From: Afipia sp.
Lineage (GTDB): Bacteria > Pseudomonadota > Alphaproteobacteria > Rhizobiales > Xanthobacteraceae
NCBI GenBank assembly: GCA_017474385.1
Contig: JAFVHU010000146.1
Coordinates: forward strand, 10,844 to 74,843
Length of the DNA stretch: 64,000 nt
Direction of reading: 5' to 3'
In this document: positions 1-8,180 of the stretch, one piece after another
Layout: each line of letters starts with the position of its first letter
How positions within the stretch are numbered: the first letter of the stretch is position 1
The notes under the pieces: model-generated
What the model was told of the DNA's origin: nothing
Seen by the model: the letters and a program-made list of their open reading frames with translations, nothing else
Databases searched by the model: none
Made by a program: the position numbers and the translations under genes

Positions 1-147
1 CGAAATCTGGAAGCGGTCTTCGTCGAGCCGTTGGATATTGTAGGGGGGATAGGTCTCGTCGGCGGTCCGCTGGACCTCGTCGAGAACGTCAAACAGGCGG
101 TCGAAGCCGATGGTCGACCTCCACAGGGGAGTCCAATCATACCTCAT
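1..147 (-). CDS. Small heat shock protein (Hsp20/IbpA family), 5' part; runs off the left edge
   Basis: Manual translation MRYDWTPLWRSTIGFDRLFDVLDEVQRTADETYPPYNIQRLDEDRFQIS contains the IbpA motifs IGFDRLF and YPPYNI; GGAGGA RBS upstream. Confidence 0.93.
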   Translation of the reverse strand, partial: MRYDWTPLWRSTIGFDRLFDVLDEVQRTADETYPPYNIQRLDEDRFQIS

Positions 148-255
148 AGCCAAATCCTCCAAAGAGCAAGTTGGGTACGCGCTGGCGCCGGACACCTTCC
201 GGCGCCCGCCTCAACTTCGGGGCCCATTGGGCGCCCCGGCCGCAATGTCTGCGGC
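145..255 (-). promoter_or_regulatory. ROSE RNA thermometer in the hsp20 5' UTR
   Basis: Minus strand GCCGCAGACATTGCGGC..GGGGCGCCCAATGGGCCCC..GGCGCCGGAAGGTGTCCGGCGCC..GTACCCAACTTGCTCTTTGGAGGATTTGGCTATG forms successive hairpins with UUGCU opposite the SD, as in rhizobial ROSE elements. Confidence 0.9.
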
Positions 256-451
256 GACCAAGAAAATCTGCAACCGGCAAAAAAGTTCAAGAGGAGACCA
301 GAAATTTTTTGTGGCAACGGCGGCCGGTTGGTTAAGCGTTTCTTGGGCCGCCCAAGGGGCTTGACTTGGGCCGGGTAACCTCCCAATTTTTCGCCGGGGC
401 TTACCCCAAATTCGCAAAGGAACGCACGACGACCGTCAGGAGAAGGCGATC

Positions 452-667
452 ATGATTGATGAGAATCTGGCCCGCCTGCGCGCCCACCGCAACAACGTCC
501 ATCGCTACCGCAGGCTACTTGCAACACAGCTCACGGACCTTGAACGCGCCTATATTGAGCGCCGCCTGAGTGAAGAGCAGGCCGCTATGGCAGCTCTTTC
601 CGAAGAGACATTTCCCTTTACCTTGCCGCCGGCCGCGGCTGCAGCCAAAGAGGGCTGCCATGTTTGA
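452..667 (+). CDS. Hypothetical helical-hairpin microprotein (71 aa)
   Basis: AGGAG RBS, ATG start, amphipathic helices HRNNVHRYRRLL...LTDLERAYIERRL. Confidence 0.75.
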   Translation: MIDENLARLRAHRNNVHRYRRLLATQLTDLERAYIERRLSEEQAAMAALSEETFPFTLPPAAAAAKEGCHV

Positions 668-845
668 CGTGGACGCCTTCGTTATCCAAGGCCACCAGAA
701 GGTCATCGACTATTACTGCTGGCTGCGCGACTCCACGATATCTGATGTCGAGCGCGAGCGCTTCCAGCGACGCATCGACCAAGAGCGCGATGCACTTGAC
801 CAGTATCTCGAACAGCGACTACGCGGCGTGCAACGCGCCGCGTGA
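660..845 (+). CDS. Hypothetical microprotein (61 aa), paralog-like to 452-667
   Basis: ATG at 660 overlaps the upstream ORF end; HQKVIDYYCWL...ISDVERERFQRRIDQE aligns with the upstream protein. Confidence 0.65.
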   Translation: MFDVDAFVIQGHQKVIDYYCWLRDSTISDVERERFQRRIDQERDALDQYLEQRLRGVQRAA

Positions 846-1260
846 TCAGTCTCGCTCTGATTGGGCTTGGGGCAGCGCAAAACGCAAAAAGATGGGTATC
901 TAAACGGGGCCGGTGCGGTGGGCTCTCGCGCGCTGGGTCAGCGGCGGCGCAAGAGGGCGCGTGACACCCGCCGGCGAAAGCTGGCCCGTGCGCTAAGTCA
1001 AGTCTGTCCTCCGAGACGGCTGTTCGGTGGGCGCGAGAAGTCTGCAACGTGATGCGGCAGTTCTCGACCGGTGGCGTATACGCCAACCTCCTCGGCGAGA
1101 GGCGTCGCGATAAGACGTGATTATCGCCGGCCGTCTGAGCCTCGGTCTCGATCCGCTCCAGCCGATTTTAGCGACAATCCTATAATCGATTCCATCTTGC
1201 TGCGGATGTAACAAAACCGCGCGCCGGGCATTGGTTTGTGGGACAGAGCATCGAAGCGAG

Positions 1261-1545
1261 ATGATGCCTATGCCTAGAAGCAAGGAGTTTCTGCTTGAGC
1301 AGATCGCCCGAGCTAAGCGTTTCGCGCAGTCCATGACCGCCGACGCCGATCGGGAGCGATTCGCGAAGATGGCTGCGGACTACCAAAGCGAACTGGACGC
1401 CGCCGAAGCGGCGAAGGAGGCTCCGACCGTATCGGGCGATGCAGTTCCGGCGGACGAGGCTGGCCAAGCCCAACCTCAGACCGGCTCGGATGCGACACCG
1501 CCGACTTCCGGCTCGACGGACGACCCAGAGCCGACAACGAATTAG
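1261..1545 (+). CDS. Hypothetical protein (helical N-terminus, acidic disordered tail)
   Basis: MPRSKEFLLEQIARAKRFAQSMTADADRERFAKMAADY; typical codon usage; GTAAC-N16-CATT promoter-like motif upstream. Confidence 0.65.
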   Translation: MMPMPRSKEFLLEQIARAKRFAQSMTADADRERFAKMAADYQSELDAAEAAKEAPTVSGDAVPADEAGQAQPQTGSDATPPTSGSTDDPEPTTN

Positions 1546-1973
1546 CCCGCCGTCCCTCACATGAACGCGATAACGATCCCCAATTCGACGAGGGTGTAGA
1601 GGCTCGTCACCGTCACGCCGAAACGTCTCCAAGGTGATTGACGTGTCAAACCTCGGGGCCCGATTGAGGAACTGACGGCAGGCGCGTCAAGCCGTCAGAG
1701 ACCGATGCTGTAAACCAATAGCTTTTGGACAAGGTCGCCATGCTAGTCAGCTCCGGAGCGAGCGACGGAATCGGTGCCCACGCAGCCGGGTAGGCGGCGA
1801 GCCTGTAAAGTTGACGACCAGCACCGGGCCGGCCACCCATGAAGGATTACGGTCAGGAGCACCGCCATGCCATAAGTTGGTGACCCCCGCTTCGTCCCCG
1901 GCCTCACGATTTTTGTTCCCGAGTTTTTTGGATCTAGACGCAATTTCGTCCCCCCATAGCACCCGACATGCGG

Positions 1974-1999
1974 GGAACTGGCCGCTGGCGCGCTGCGTT
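1974..1999 (+). promoter_or_regulatory. sigma-EcfG (general stress response) promoter candidate
   Basis: GGAAC-N17-CGTT matches the alphaproteobacterial EcfG consensus and lies upstream of the PAS gene. Confidence 0.55.
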
Positions 2000-2143
2000 G
2001 GGCAAGGGTAATTCTGCAGGCGTCGGGCCGTCAGACAACGTCGAGCAACTCACGCCAGCCTTGATCGGCTGAGTTCGTCTGGAGCAACGGACCGGTCGGT
2101 GTCCTGCCGTCCGGAGACGCATCCGCAGATGTCAGGAGCATCG

Positions 2144-2344
2144 ATGATCGAAGTTGACGAGCTTGCGAGCGCGCCCGGTGAAATCACCGCCGCCCAGTGG
2201 CGTCAGATCGTCAACGGCGCAACTGACACGGCCATCATCAGTACGGACGAACGAGGCATCGTCACCAGTTGGAACAGCGGGGCATGCCGCATCCTGGGCT
2301 GGAGCGAACCCGAGATGCTCGGCAAGTCCCTGGGCCGCAGTTGA
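2144..2344 (+). pseudogene. Truncated PAS-domain sensor (N-terminal fragment)
   Basis: AGGAG RBS; ATDTAIISTDERGIVTSWNSGACRILGWSEPEMLGKSL is the first half of a PAS domain; the frame stops mid-domain at the junction with the element. Confidence 0.8.
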
Positions 2345-2699
2345 TGGCATCGAGCGGGGACTCGCCTTTACGAGGGCTGACCTTTTCGCGTGGCGCGTCT
2401 TCAAGCATTGCGTGAGGCGGCAACTCCATTAGATACCTGCGAACCTTCATGTTGATGTTGGCCAGTTCGAGATGGCGACGCTGTTGCTGCTCTTGGATCG
2501 CTTGCAACCGCTCGATTTCTTCTTGCTCGTCCCGAATGCTGTCTTCACCGCCCTTGACCCTCACGACTTTAAAAAGTCCGGCGATGCGGGCGACCGTTGT
2601 ATTCAGGCGTGCTTGAGCGTCGGTCTCCGCGTCAACCATGCCGTTGATCTTGAGCTTGGCCCGTTTGGGGAGCCTGCTGGTGTCCGCTTTCGTGTTCAT
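2262..2699 (-). pseudogene. Coiled-coil element protein, truncated near 2340
   Basis: ATGA overlap with the upstream gene; helical sequence up to KGESPLDAIN, then reads into antisense of the PAS fragment. Confidence 0.6.
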
Positions 2700-3007
2700 G
2701 CTGACTTCCATGCGTTTTCAAGCCGGGCATCGCGCGCAGCGTATCGCTCGGCACTTGTCGCGGGGACGATGGCGGTCTTGGCTTGGGCTGGGTCGAGGGG
2801 TGGCGGGCTTTTCCAAGCATCAGTCAGCCTCTTGTCGCGGGCTTCGTACAGCTTTTCGCGGCTGGTCCGGTCAGCGTCAGTCATTGGCAACGAGCCGGGA
2901 ACATGGCGCGTTTCAGACTGCTGAGCAGCTATGATCGCGCGCTGAACTGCATCGAGCGCGCTGTCCATCAGGTTCATTCTGACGGTGATGGCTTGGCCGT
3001 CTTTCAA
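2696..3007 (-). CDS. Hypothetical protein with duplicated Y-x-ARD-x-RL-x-x-AWKS helix (scaffold-like); start uncertain
   Basis: Internal repeat YEARDKRLTDAWKS / YAARDARLENAWKS; immediately downstream of terL. Confidence 0.7.
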   Translation of the reverse strand: MKDGQAITVRMNLMDSALDAVQRAIIAAQQSETRHVPGSLPMTDADRTSREKLYEARDKRLTDAWKSPPPLDPAQAKTAIVPATSAERYAARDARLENAWKSA

Positions 3008-3035
3008 TACGCGGTCGTCATCTTCGAGTTCGTTG

Positions 3036-4637
3036 TCATCGGAATACTCCGCCGTTTAAATACCGCTGGATGCGCGCGGTCCGCCAAGTTTCGTTTTCAG
3101 CTTCTGCATTGGACGTCACCCATCGGTACGATGTATCGAACCCGTTGTATGGCTTGGTGCCGATGCTCACGAGCAGACCCGCCACGACGTTGGCGATGTC
3201 ATCATGCGCGCCGGGGGCATGGTCGATGGAGTCTTTGCCACTACGGGCTGTGCGACGTTCAAGACCGACAAACTGCTGGATCATCCGATCGTGATCGACG
3301 AGATCGACACGCTTGCTGTTGATCAGCGGCAATGCATCACGGTACAGGTCGGACTTCGGCTTGGCCGCCGGTTCATAACTGATGCCAGCCTTCTTGAACG
3401 GCTCGCGGACCCATTCACCGGCGTAACGATCGCCCATGGCCTTATTGACGCCATAGGACTTGAGCAAGGCGGCATATTCCGCAACGATCAACTCGGGCGA
3501 GAACGGGGGCTTGGTCTCTCGGATGCAATCGACAACAAACAGGCCGGTCGTCTTATCTTTGTGCCCGATTGCGAGCGTGAAGCTGTCCTTGCCGGAGCCA
3601 CCAGCCGGGTCGATGAAGGCGACATACGACGCTTTGGCCTCGCGACCACGCTCATGCACGCCGTCGCTGACGCAAGCCATGATCGTGTCGAGCGAAACGA
3701 ACGCTTCGATGTCCGAGCGGAACTGAGCACCGTACTCCACAGATGCCGAGGCTGGATCGGCAGCATAGGCGGCGTCAATGAAGGACTGCGGTACCGACGG
3801 ATTCATTGAACGGGTGTCAGCCTGCCAGACCAGCACCGGGTCGTTGTCCTTGCCGTAATGTGTGCGATGTGCATCCCACAAGGCACCCCGACGAGCGTAA
3901 GGCGATGATGCGCAAAGCAACATGGCACCGGGAATGGTCGCCATACCCGGTCGTAGCGCATTCAGAATCTCATAATCGGGATTCGCAGTTTCCTCAGTCG
4001 ATAGGAACGCGATCTCATCGACCAAAATGGCAACAAATGAAAATCCGCGGACCGATTTCCACGAGGCAGTCGCGATCTCGATAGACACACTATTATTGAG
4101 ATCGAACCCTTCGGCCCATTCACGTTCGATCATGCGCGAGAGGATCGGCACCCGCTGCAATAGTGCCCGGACATATCGCATGATCACACGGGCTTGCTTG
4201 CGGTCGGTGGCAATCACAAAGACTGTGCCGCGTTCGCCTGGGGCCAGGTACTGGCAATAATCATGGAAGCAGGCGAGAAAGACTGCGATCAACGCGAGGA
4301 CGAATGACTTACCGGCGCGGCGACCACACACAAGCCAAGATTCCGAGGCGACGACATCCGGCGGCGCGTTACGGCCAGTATGAAGGCGATATGTCGCTAA
4401 CTGTTCGTCCGACATAGGAAGCGCGAACAGGGCCGCGATGAACACCATCCATGCAGACCACGTCGTGCGGTCTTTAAACCACGGAGTGAACAAGTCTGGA
4501 TCGTTGATGCAGTCTAGGAGTGTCGGGCCTGACTGAATCCGTGGTGTGGAATGGATTCTAACTCGTTCCCGAGGGCGTGGTGTGGAGGGGGTACTGTCGA
4601 CGTCGGGTTTGATCCGAATGCGTTGACGAGTGCCCAT
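3036..4637 (-). CDS. terL: Terminase large subunit
   Basis: Walker A GRRAGKS, Walker B ILVDE, coupling motif ASS, RNase H-like acidic motifs FIDPAGG and HDDIAN. Confidence 0.88.
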   Translation of the reverse strand: MGTRQRIRIKPDVDSTPSTPRPRERVRIHSTPRIQSGPTLLDCINDPDLFTPWFKDRTTWSAWMVFIAALFALPMSDEQLATYRLHTGRNAPPDVVASESWLVCGRRAGKSFVLALIAVFLACFHDYCQYLAPGERGTVFVIATDRKQARVIMRYVRALLQRVPILSRMIEREWAEGFDLNNSVSIEIATASWKSVRGFSFVAILVDEIAFLSTEETANPDYEILNALRPGMATIPGAMLLCASSPYARRGALWDAHRTHYGKDNDPVLVWQADTRSMNPSVPQSFIDAAYAADPASASVEYGAQFRSDIEAFVSLDTIMACVSDGVHERGREAKASYVAFIDPAGGSGKDSFTLAIGHKDKTTGLFVVDCIRETKPPFSPELIVAEYAALLKSYGVNKAMGDRYAGEWVREPFKKAGISYEPAAKPKSDLYRDALPLINSKRVDLVDHDRMIQQFVGLERRTARSGKDSIDHAPGAHDDIANVVAGLLVSIGTKPYNGFDTSYRWVTSNAEAENETWRTARIQRYLNGGVFR

Positions 4638-5101
4638 CAGTCATCGTCCTCGTGATCGATGGTGACGCGCGACCGAGTACCGTATCGTGATGCGAGGTGA
4701 TCTTGCAGGCTCGGTACCGTCTTCATTGATCGGGTCTTCAAACCAGCGGTCTCGATCAATCGGCGCTGGCTGTTCGCGGTTCGCTGATACAGTTCGAGGG
4801 ATGCCGGTGTGGCCTCGCCATCATCGACTGCCCATTGAGACTCGATGCGTTCCATCTGGGTTTGAAGGCTCGCGATGCGATGAATGATCGAGCGCAGGCC
4901 CTCGCTGATGTTGTCGGTGCCGCCTGCGTCGCTGGTGTAGGCCGAAACGAGGTCACGCAATCGACGCGTCCAACGACCGCGCATATCGATGCTCTGGCCG
5001 TCAACGGTGCGCGGGAACATCGATCGCCCGTTTGTGATGCGGCTTCTGCTCTTCTTCGCCGAGGTTTCGGACTTCACACTAGCGTGCATGTTGTTTCGCA
5101 T
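4637..5101 (-). CDS. Putative terminase small subunit
   Basis: 154 aa helical protein whose stop overlaps the terL start (TGATG); call based on position and size. Confidence 0.55.
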   Translation of the reverse strand: MRNNMHASVKSETSAKKSRSRITNGRSMFPRTVDGQSIDMRGRWTRRLRDLVSAYTSDAGGTDNISEGLRSIIHRIASLQTQMERIESQWAVDDGEATPASLELYQRTANSQRRLIETAGLKTRSMKTVPSLQDHLASRYGTRSRVTIDHEDDD

Positions 5102-5208
5102 CGAATACTTGCCGTTGTTTGCGATGTGATGTTGCGCACAATCTGCACCTAAGCGTCAATCCATTAGTGCTGACTGCCACTGCGGGAGGGCTTTGTTGGT
5201 CGCCACCC

Positions 5209-5225
5209 CATGATCCGGGATCATG
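5209..5225. repeat. 17-bp palindrome upstream of terS-like gene
   Basis: CATGATCC-G-GGATCATG, perfect 8-bp arms. Confidence 0.8.
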
Positions 5226-5562
5226 AAACTGCCTTCACTCGTCATTTTTCCGATGTGATGCGACATGATCAAACTAATATAGACGGGCACGGTTTGTTTG
5301 GTTGATGGGAATTTTTGATCGTTTCTGCGTATTCGCGATGCGCGTCAGTCGAGGTTGAAACTATCCACCATGCGAGACTGACAGGTTCGATTTGCGCTGA
5401 CTTATGCCGGTGACTGGCAGGCTCTATCTATTGTTGTTGGTCACGTCCCTGATTGGGGATGTCTAGGGTGGTTCTATGCTTCGGTACGGGCGCGCTGTGT
5501 GCGTCTGCGTCGTGATCGGGGGTCCCTGTATGTCGATCCCCGTTTCGTCGCCCCATCTTCCG

Positions 5563-5943
5563 TTATTCGGGGATGCGTTTCAGAAGTCCTCGGGCCTTGA
5601 GAAACTTCAATGCGCCTCTGAACTCGGCTCTGATGTTCGAGATCGTGATGTTTGACACTGGGGCTGCGTGACTGCGTTTCAATTCTTTCGCAATGTCGTC
5701 GGGGCGCAGTGTTGGGTCATCCAGTACTAACTCCCTAATGCGGTCTTTGATAGCGGTCGCGGACTTCTCGACGTAGCTGCGTGCGGGTGTCTCCGACGTT
5801 TTCTCCCGTTCATTCTCCTTATCGGGGCGGTTACGAGGTGACGGATCAGTTTTGACTCGTTGTCTCGCTTTTTCTGCCAGTACTAGGTGTTTGAGTGGTT
5901 TGCCGTCGGTATCGTCGTCGCGGTCGTGCCCCCATCGGCTCAT
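5563..5943 (-). CDS. Hypothetical protein, possible C-terminal HTH (126 aa)
   Basis: AGGAAGG RBS; C-terminal IRELVLDDPTLRPDDIAKELKRSHAAPVSNITISNIRAEF is HTH-like. Confidence 0.7.
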   Translation of the reverse strand: MSRWGHDRDDDTDGKPLKHLVLAEKARQRVKTDPSPRNRPDKENEREKTSETPARSYVEKSATAIKDRIRELVLDDPTLRPDDIAKELKRSHAAPVSNITISNIRAEFRGALKFLKARGLLKRIPE

Positions 5944-5956
5944 TTGTTTTTCCTTC

Positions 5957-6220
5957 CTATGTTCTGATGCGAATGCGCGGTCGCGCGGGCACGGTGCCAT
6001 TCGCGAGGTATCGTTCAAGTTTGGCCCAACCAGCACGTTCGGCGGCGGCGGCGATCCTGATTTCTTCGAGGATGTTCACGAATACGCGGTCGGCGGGTTC
6101 GGGGGCATCTATGGTTGCTCGTGATAGCGAGGTGCTAACCGCGTTTCTCGGCTTGTAAACAAAGGGACGAGCTGGTCGGCCGCGTTTCTTCGTCTCAATT
6201 CTAACTCGCTCTCTTTTCAT
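5957..6220 (-). CDS. Hypothetical basic protein (87 aa) with AT-hook-like KKRGRP
   Basis: AAGGAG RBS with ATG at 6220; co-oriented with the element operon. Confidence 0.7.
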   Translation of the reverse strand: MKRERVRIETKKRGRPARPFVYKPRNAVSTSLSRATIDAPEPADRVFVNILEEIRIAAAAERAGWAKLERYLANGTVPARPRIRIRT

Positions 6221-6393
6221 GAGATCTCCTTTTCAGTCTTTCTCGATAAGTCCGAAGGAAAAGACCGCGCGAAGCGCGTACATCTTTTGATTTTCTCTTT
6301 CTAGGAACATGTCTTTCTTTCATGTCTATCTAATAGGGCGATACAAAAACGCAGTCAGTGTATGTCTCGCAGGCGTTTCTCCAAGTTCCAGCA

Positions 6394-6493
6394 TCACAGT
6401 TGCCCGACCTGACCTCACAGTTGCCCGACCTGTTTCGCATCCGCATCACAGTTGCCCGACCTTTTTTCTGAAAACATCACAGTTGCCCGACCT
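6394..6493. repeat. Four iterons, putative replication origin
   Basis: TCACAGTTGCCCGACCT at 6394, 6415, 6446 and 6477 (spacing 21, 31, 31 bp); AT-rich tract ~6230-6350 adjacent. Confidence 0.85.
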
Positions 6494-7679
6494 CAGTTCG
6501 CTGTCGTTGCCGGTACTCGACGATTTCGTCGCGGTCTAAATTATCGACGGCGATCTGCTTTGCACGCAGGTGCCTATGTCGCGCGCCATTCGCGGTCTCC
6601 CCCGGCAGTGCCAAAGCGGCCCAGTCAATATCGTCGGTTTCGACATCTAGGCGGACTCGGTCGCGCGATGGACGGTTTCGTTTTCCATTCCTGATCTGGT
6701 TCAAGCGACCGCTGAACTCGTTGCGACCTGGCTGAGCTATCGCGGTAAACCGTATATGCGAGCGATCGATTGTGAGAACGTCAAAGGCCGCCGGCAATTT
6801 AATGCCATGCTTGCGTAGTTTGACAGCATCGAGCTTGGCGACGTGCTGGTTCACTACATCAAGTGCGCGCTTCAACGACTGTCGGCACACCCAAACATCT
6901 GGCGAGGCAATCAGGAGCTTCGCGTACAACGACCGCTCGCTGATGTGCTCGGTGACCGTCGGGCCTATCCTGATGAAATGGAGAAACAGATAAAGCGATG
7001 TTGCAACCCGTGATCGGGTGGGTAATGGGAGCGGAATTTTCCTGAACTGGTTATTTAGCCATTCGCCCGCGACATTCATGCGGAGTCGGCCTGATGATAA
7101 TTTCCGAACGCTGTTCAGCAGCGGCGATCTCTTTCGATCGCCCATGACTAACGGCTTGGTCAGCGTCATCAGAATGCTGTCGAGGCGACCGAGGTTTTTG
7201 GCATCTGCCGATAGGCCCGCCCGACGCAGCAATGCAGACTTCGTAATTTCGATCCGTACAATTTCAGGTGCGGGTCGTTTCCGAAGTTCTTTCTTGCGCT
7301 GCTCATATCCGAGTTCGCCCGCACGTTTCAAAGCCATGCCGAACTTCTTCGGTTTGAAGGGCGTCTTGCTCGTGAAAGTGTGGTATCGCTGCGGTGCGTG
7401 TGCGGCTTGACCCGAACGTCGGCGGTTGTTGGTCTCTTCCCAGTCTTCCCTGAACTGTTCAGCGGCTTCTTTCTCAGCCTCGATCTTTTCGGCTCCTCCC
7501 GCGAATGCATCAGCATGGAGCTGATTACCTCGCGCGAATGCAGCCGAGGTCAATATGCTGGCGACAACAGCGAGCGTCAGGGGATCAAGATCGGGATGCG
7601 CGGAACTGACGAGTTCAATGGGCAGCCGTCCATAAACAGCACGCGTAGGCTGCTGCTCACGTTTCGGCATCTGCATCAC
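6477..7679 (-). CDS. Putative replication initiator (unclassified, winged-helix-like C-terminal half)
   Basis: 400 aa basic protein between xis and the iterons; its stop codon lies in iteron 4; function inferred from context. Confidence 0.55.
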   Translation of the reverse strand: MMQMPKREQQPTRAVYGRLPIELVSSAHPDLDPLTLAVVASILTSAAFARGNQLHADAFAGGAEKIEAEKEAAEQFREDWEETNNRRRSGQAAHAPQRYHTFTSKTPFKPKKFGMALKRAGELGYEQRKKELRKRPAPEIVRIEITKSALLRRAGLSADAKNLGRLDSILMTLTKPLVMGDRKRSPLLNSVRKLSSGRLRMNVAGEWLNNQFRKIPLPLPTRSRVATSLYLFLHFIRIGPTVTEHISERSLYAKLLIASPDVWVCRQSLKRALDVVNQHVAKLDAVKLRKHGIKLPAAFDVLTIDRSHIRFTAIAQPGRNEFSGRLNQIRNGKRNRPSRDRVRLDVETDDIDWAALALPGETANGARHRHLRAKQIAVDNLDRDEIVEYRQRQRTEVGQL

Positions 7680-7896
7680 TCCCGACGAGCGCCATGATCT
7701 CGCTATGTCGATAAAAGACTCGAGCTTTGTCAGATCGACGGTTGAGGTGAACGGCGTGCAGCTTGCCCGCTTTTTCTAGGCGCCAAAGTGTATGACGCGA
7801 AACACCACCCAACATCTCGCGGACTTGGTTCCGCGTATATAGGCGCACGGGCTTATCGGGGTTCGATTGCGATTTAGTCGTTTGTACCTGTGACAC
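7657..7896 (-). CDS. Excisionase / AlpA-family HTH protein
   Basis: LYTRNQVREMLGGVSRHTLWRLEKAGKL...RVFYRHSEI winged HTH; GAGGA RBS with GTG start. Confidence 0.85.
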   Translation of the reverse strand: MSQVQTTKSQSNPDKPVRLYTRNQVREMLGGVSRHTLWRLEKAGKLHAVHLNRRSDKARVFYRHSEIMALVGSDADAET

Positions 7897-8180
7897 GCGA
7901 ATTCCTCATTCACTAAGGCTCGCTTGTGACGAGCCGTTGATGAGGGTCCGCGCGGGGCGTGCTGGTACCGGACGGTGTATGAGAGAGACAGGGTTAGGAC
8001 CTGATCACTCCGCAACGCATTCCACCGATCTCTCGGCCTGCGTGAATTTTATCATCGGGGGATTTCAAAATGCAATACGGCGCACACATCGGAAATAAGC
8101 GGTTTTCAGCGGCACGGGGGAAAACAGGGGGACTTGTGCGTCATGCTGCTGAAGACGTCCCCATCCGCGGCACAGCGCGA

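Noticed and set aside
1546-1960. Short minus-strand ORFs and a hairpin CTGACGGC/GCCGTCAG at 1672-1698
   Set aside because: Frames are fragmentary with no convincing RBS or motif; may be a decayed gene but cannot be supported
6394-6493. CRISPR array interpretation of the 17-bp repeats
   Set aside because: Repeats are too short, spacers are only 4-14 bp, and no cas genes are present; helical phasing fits iterons
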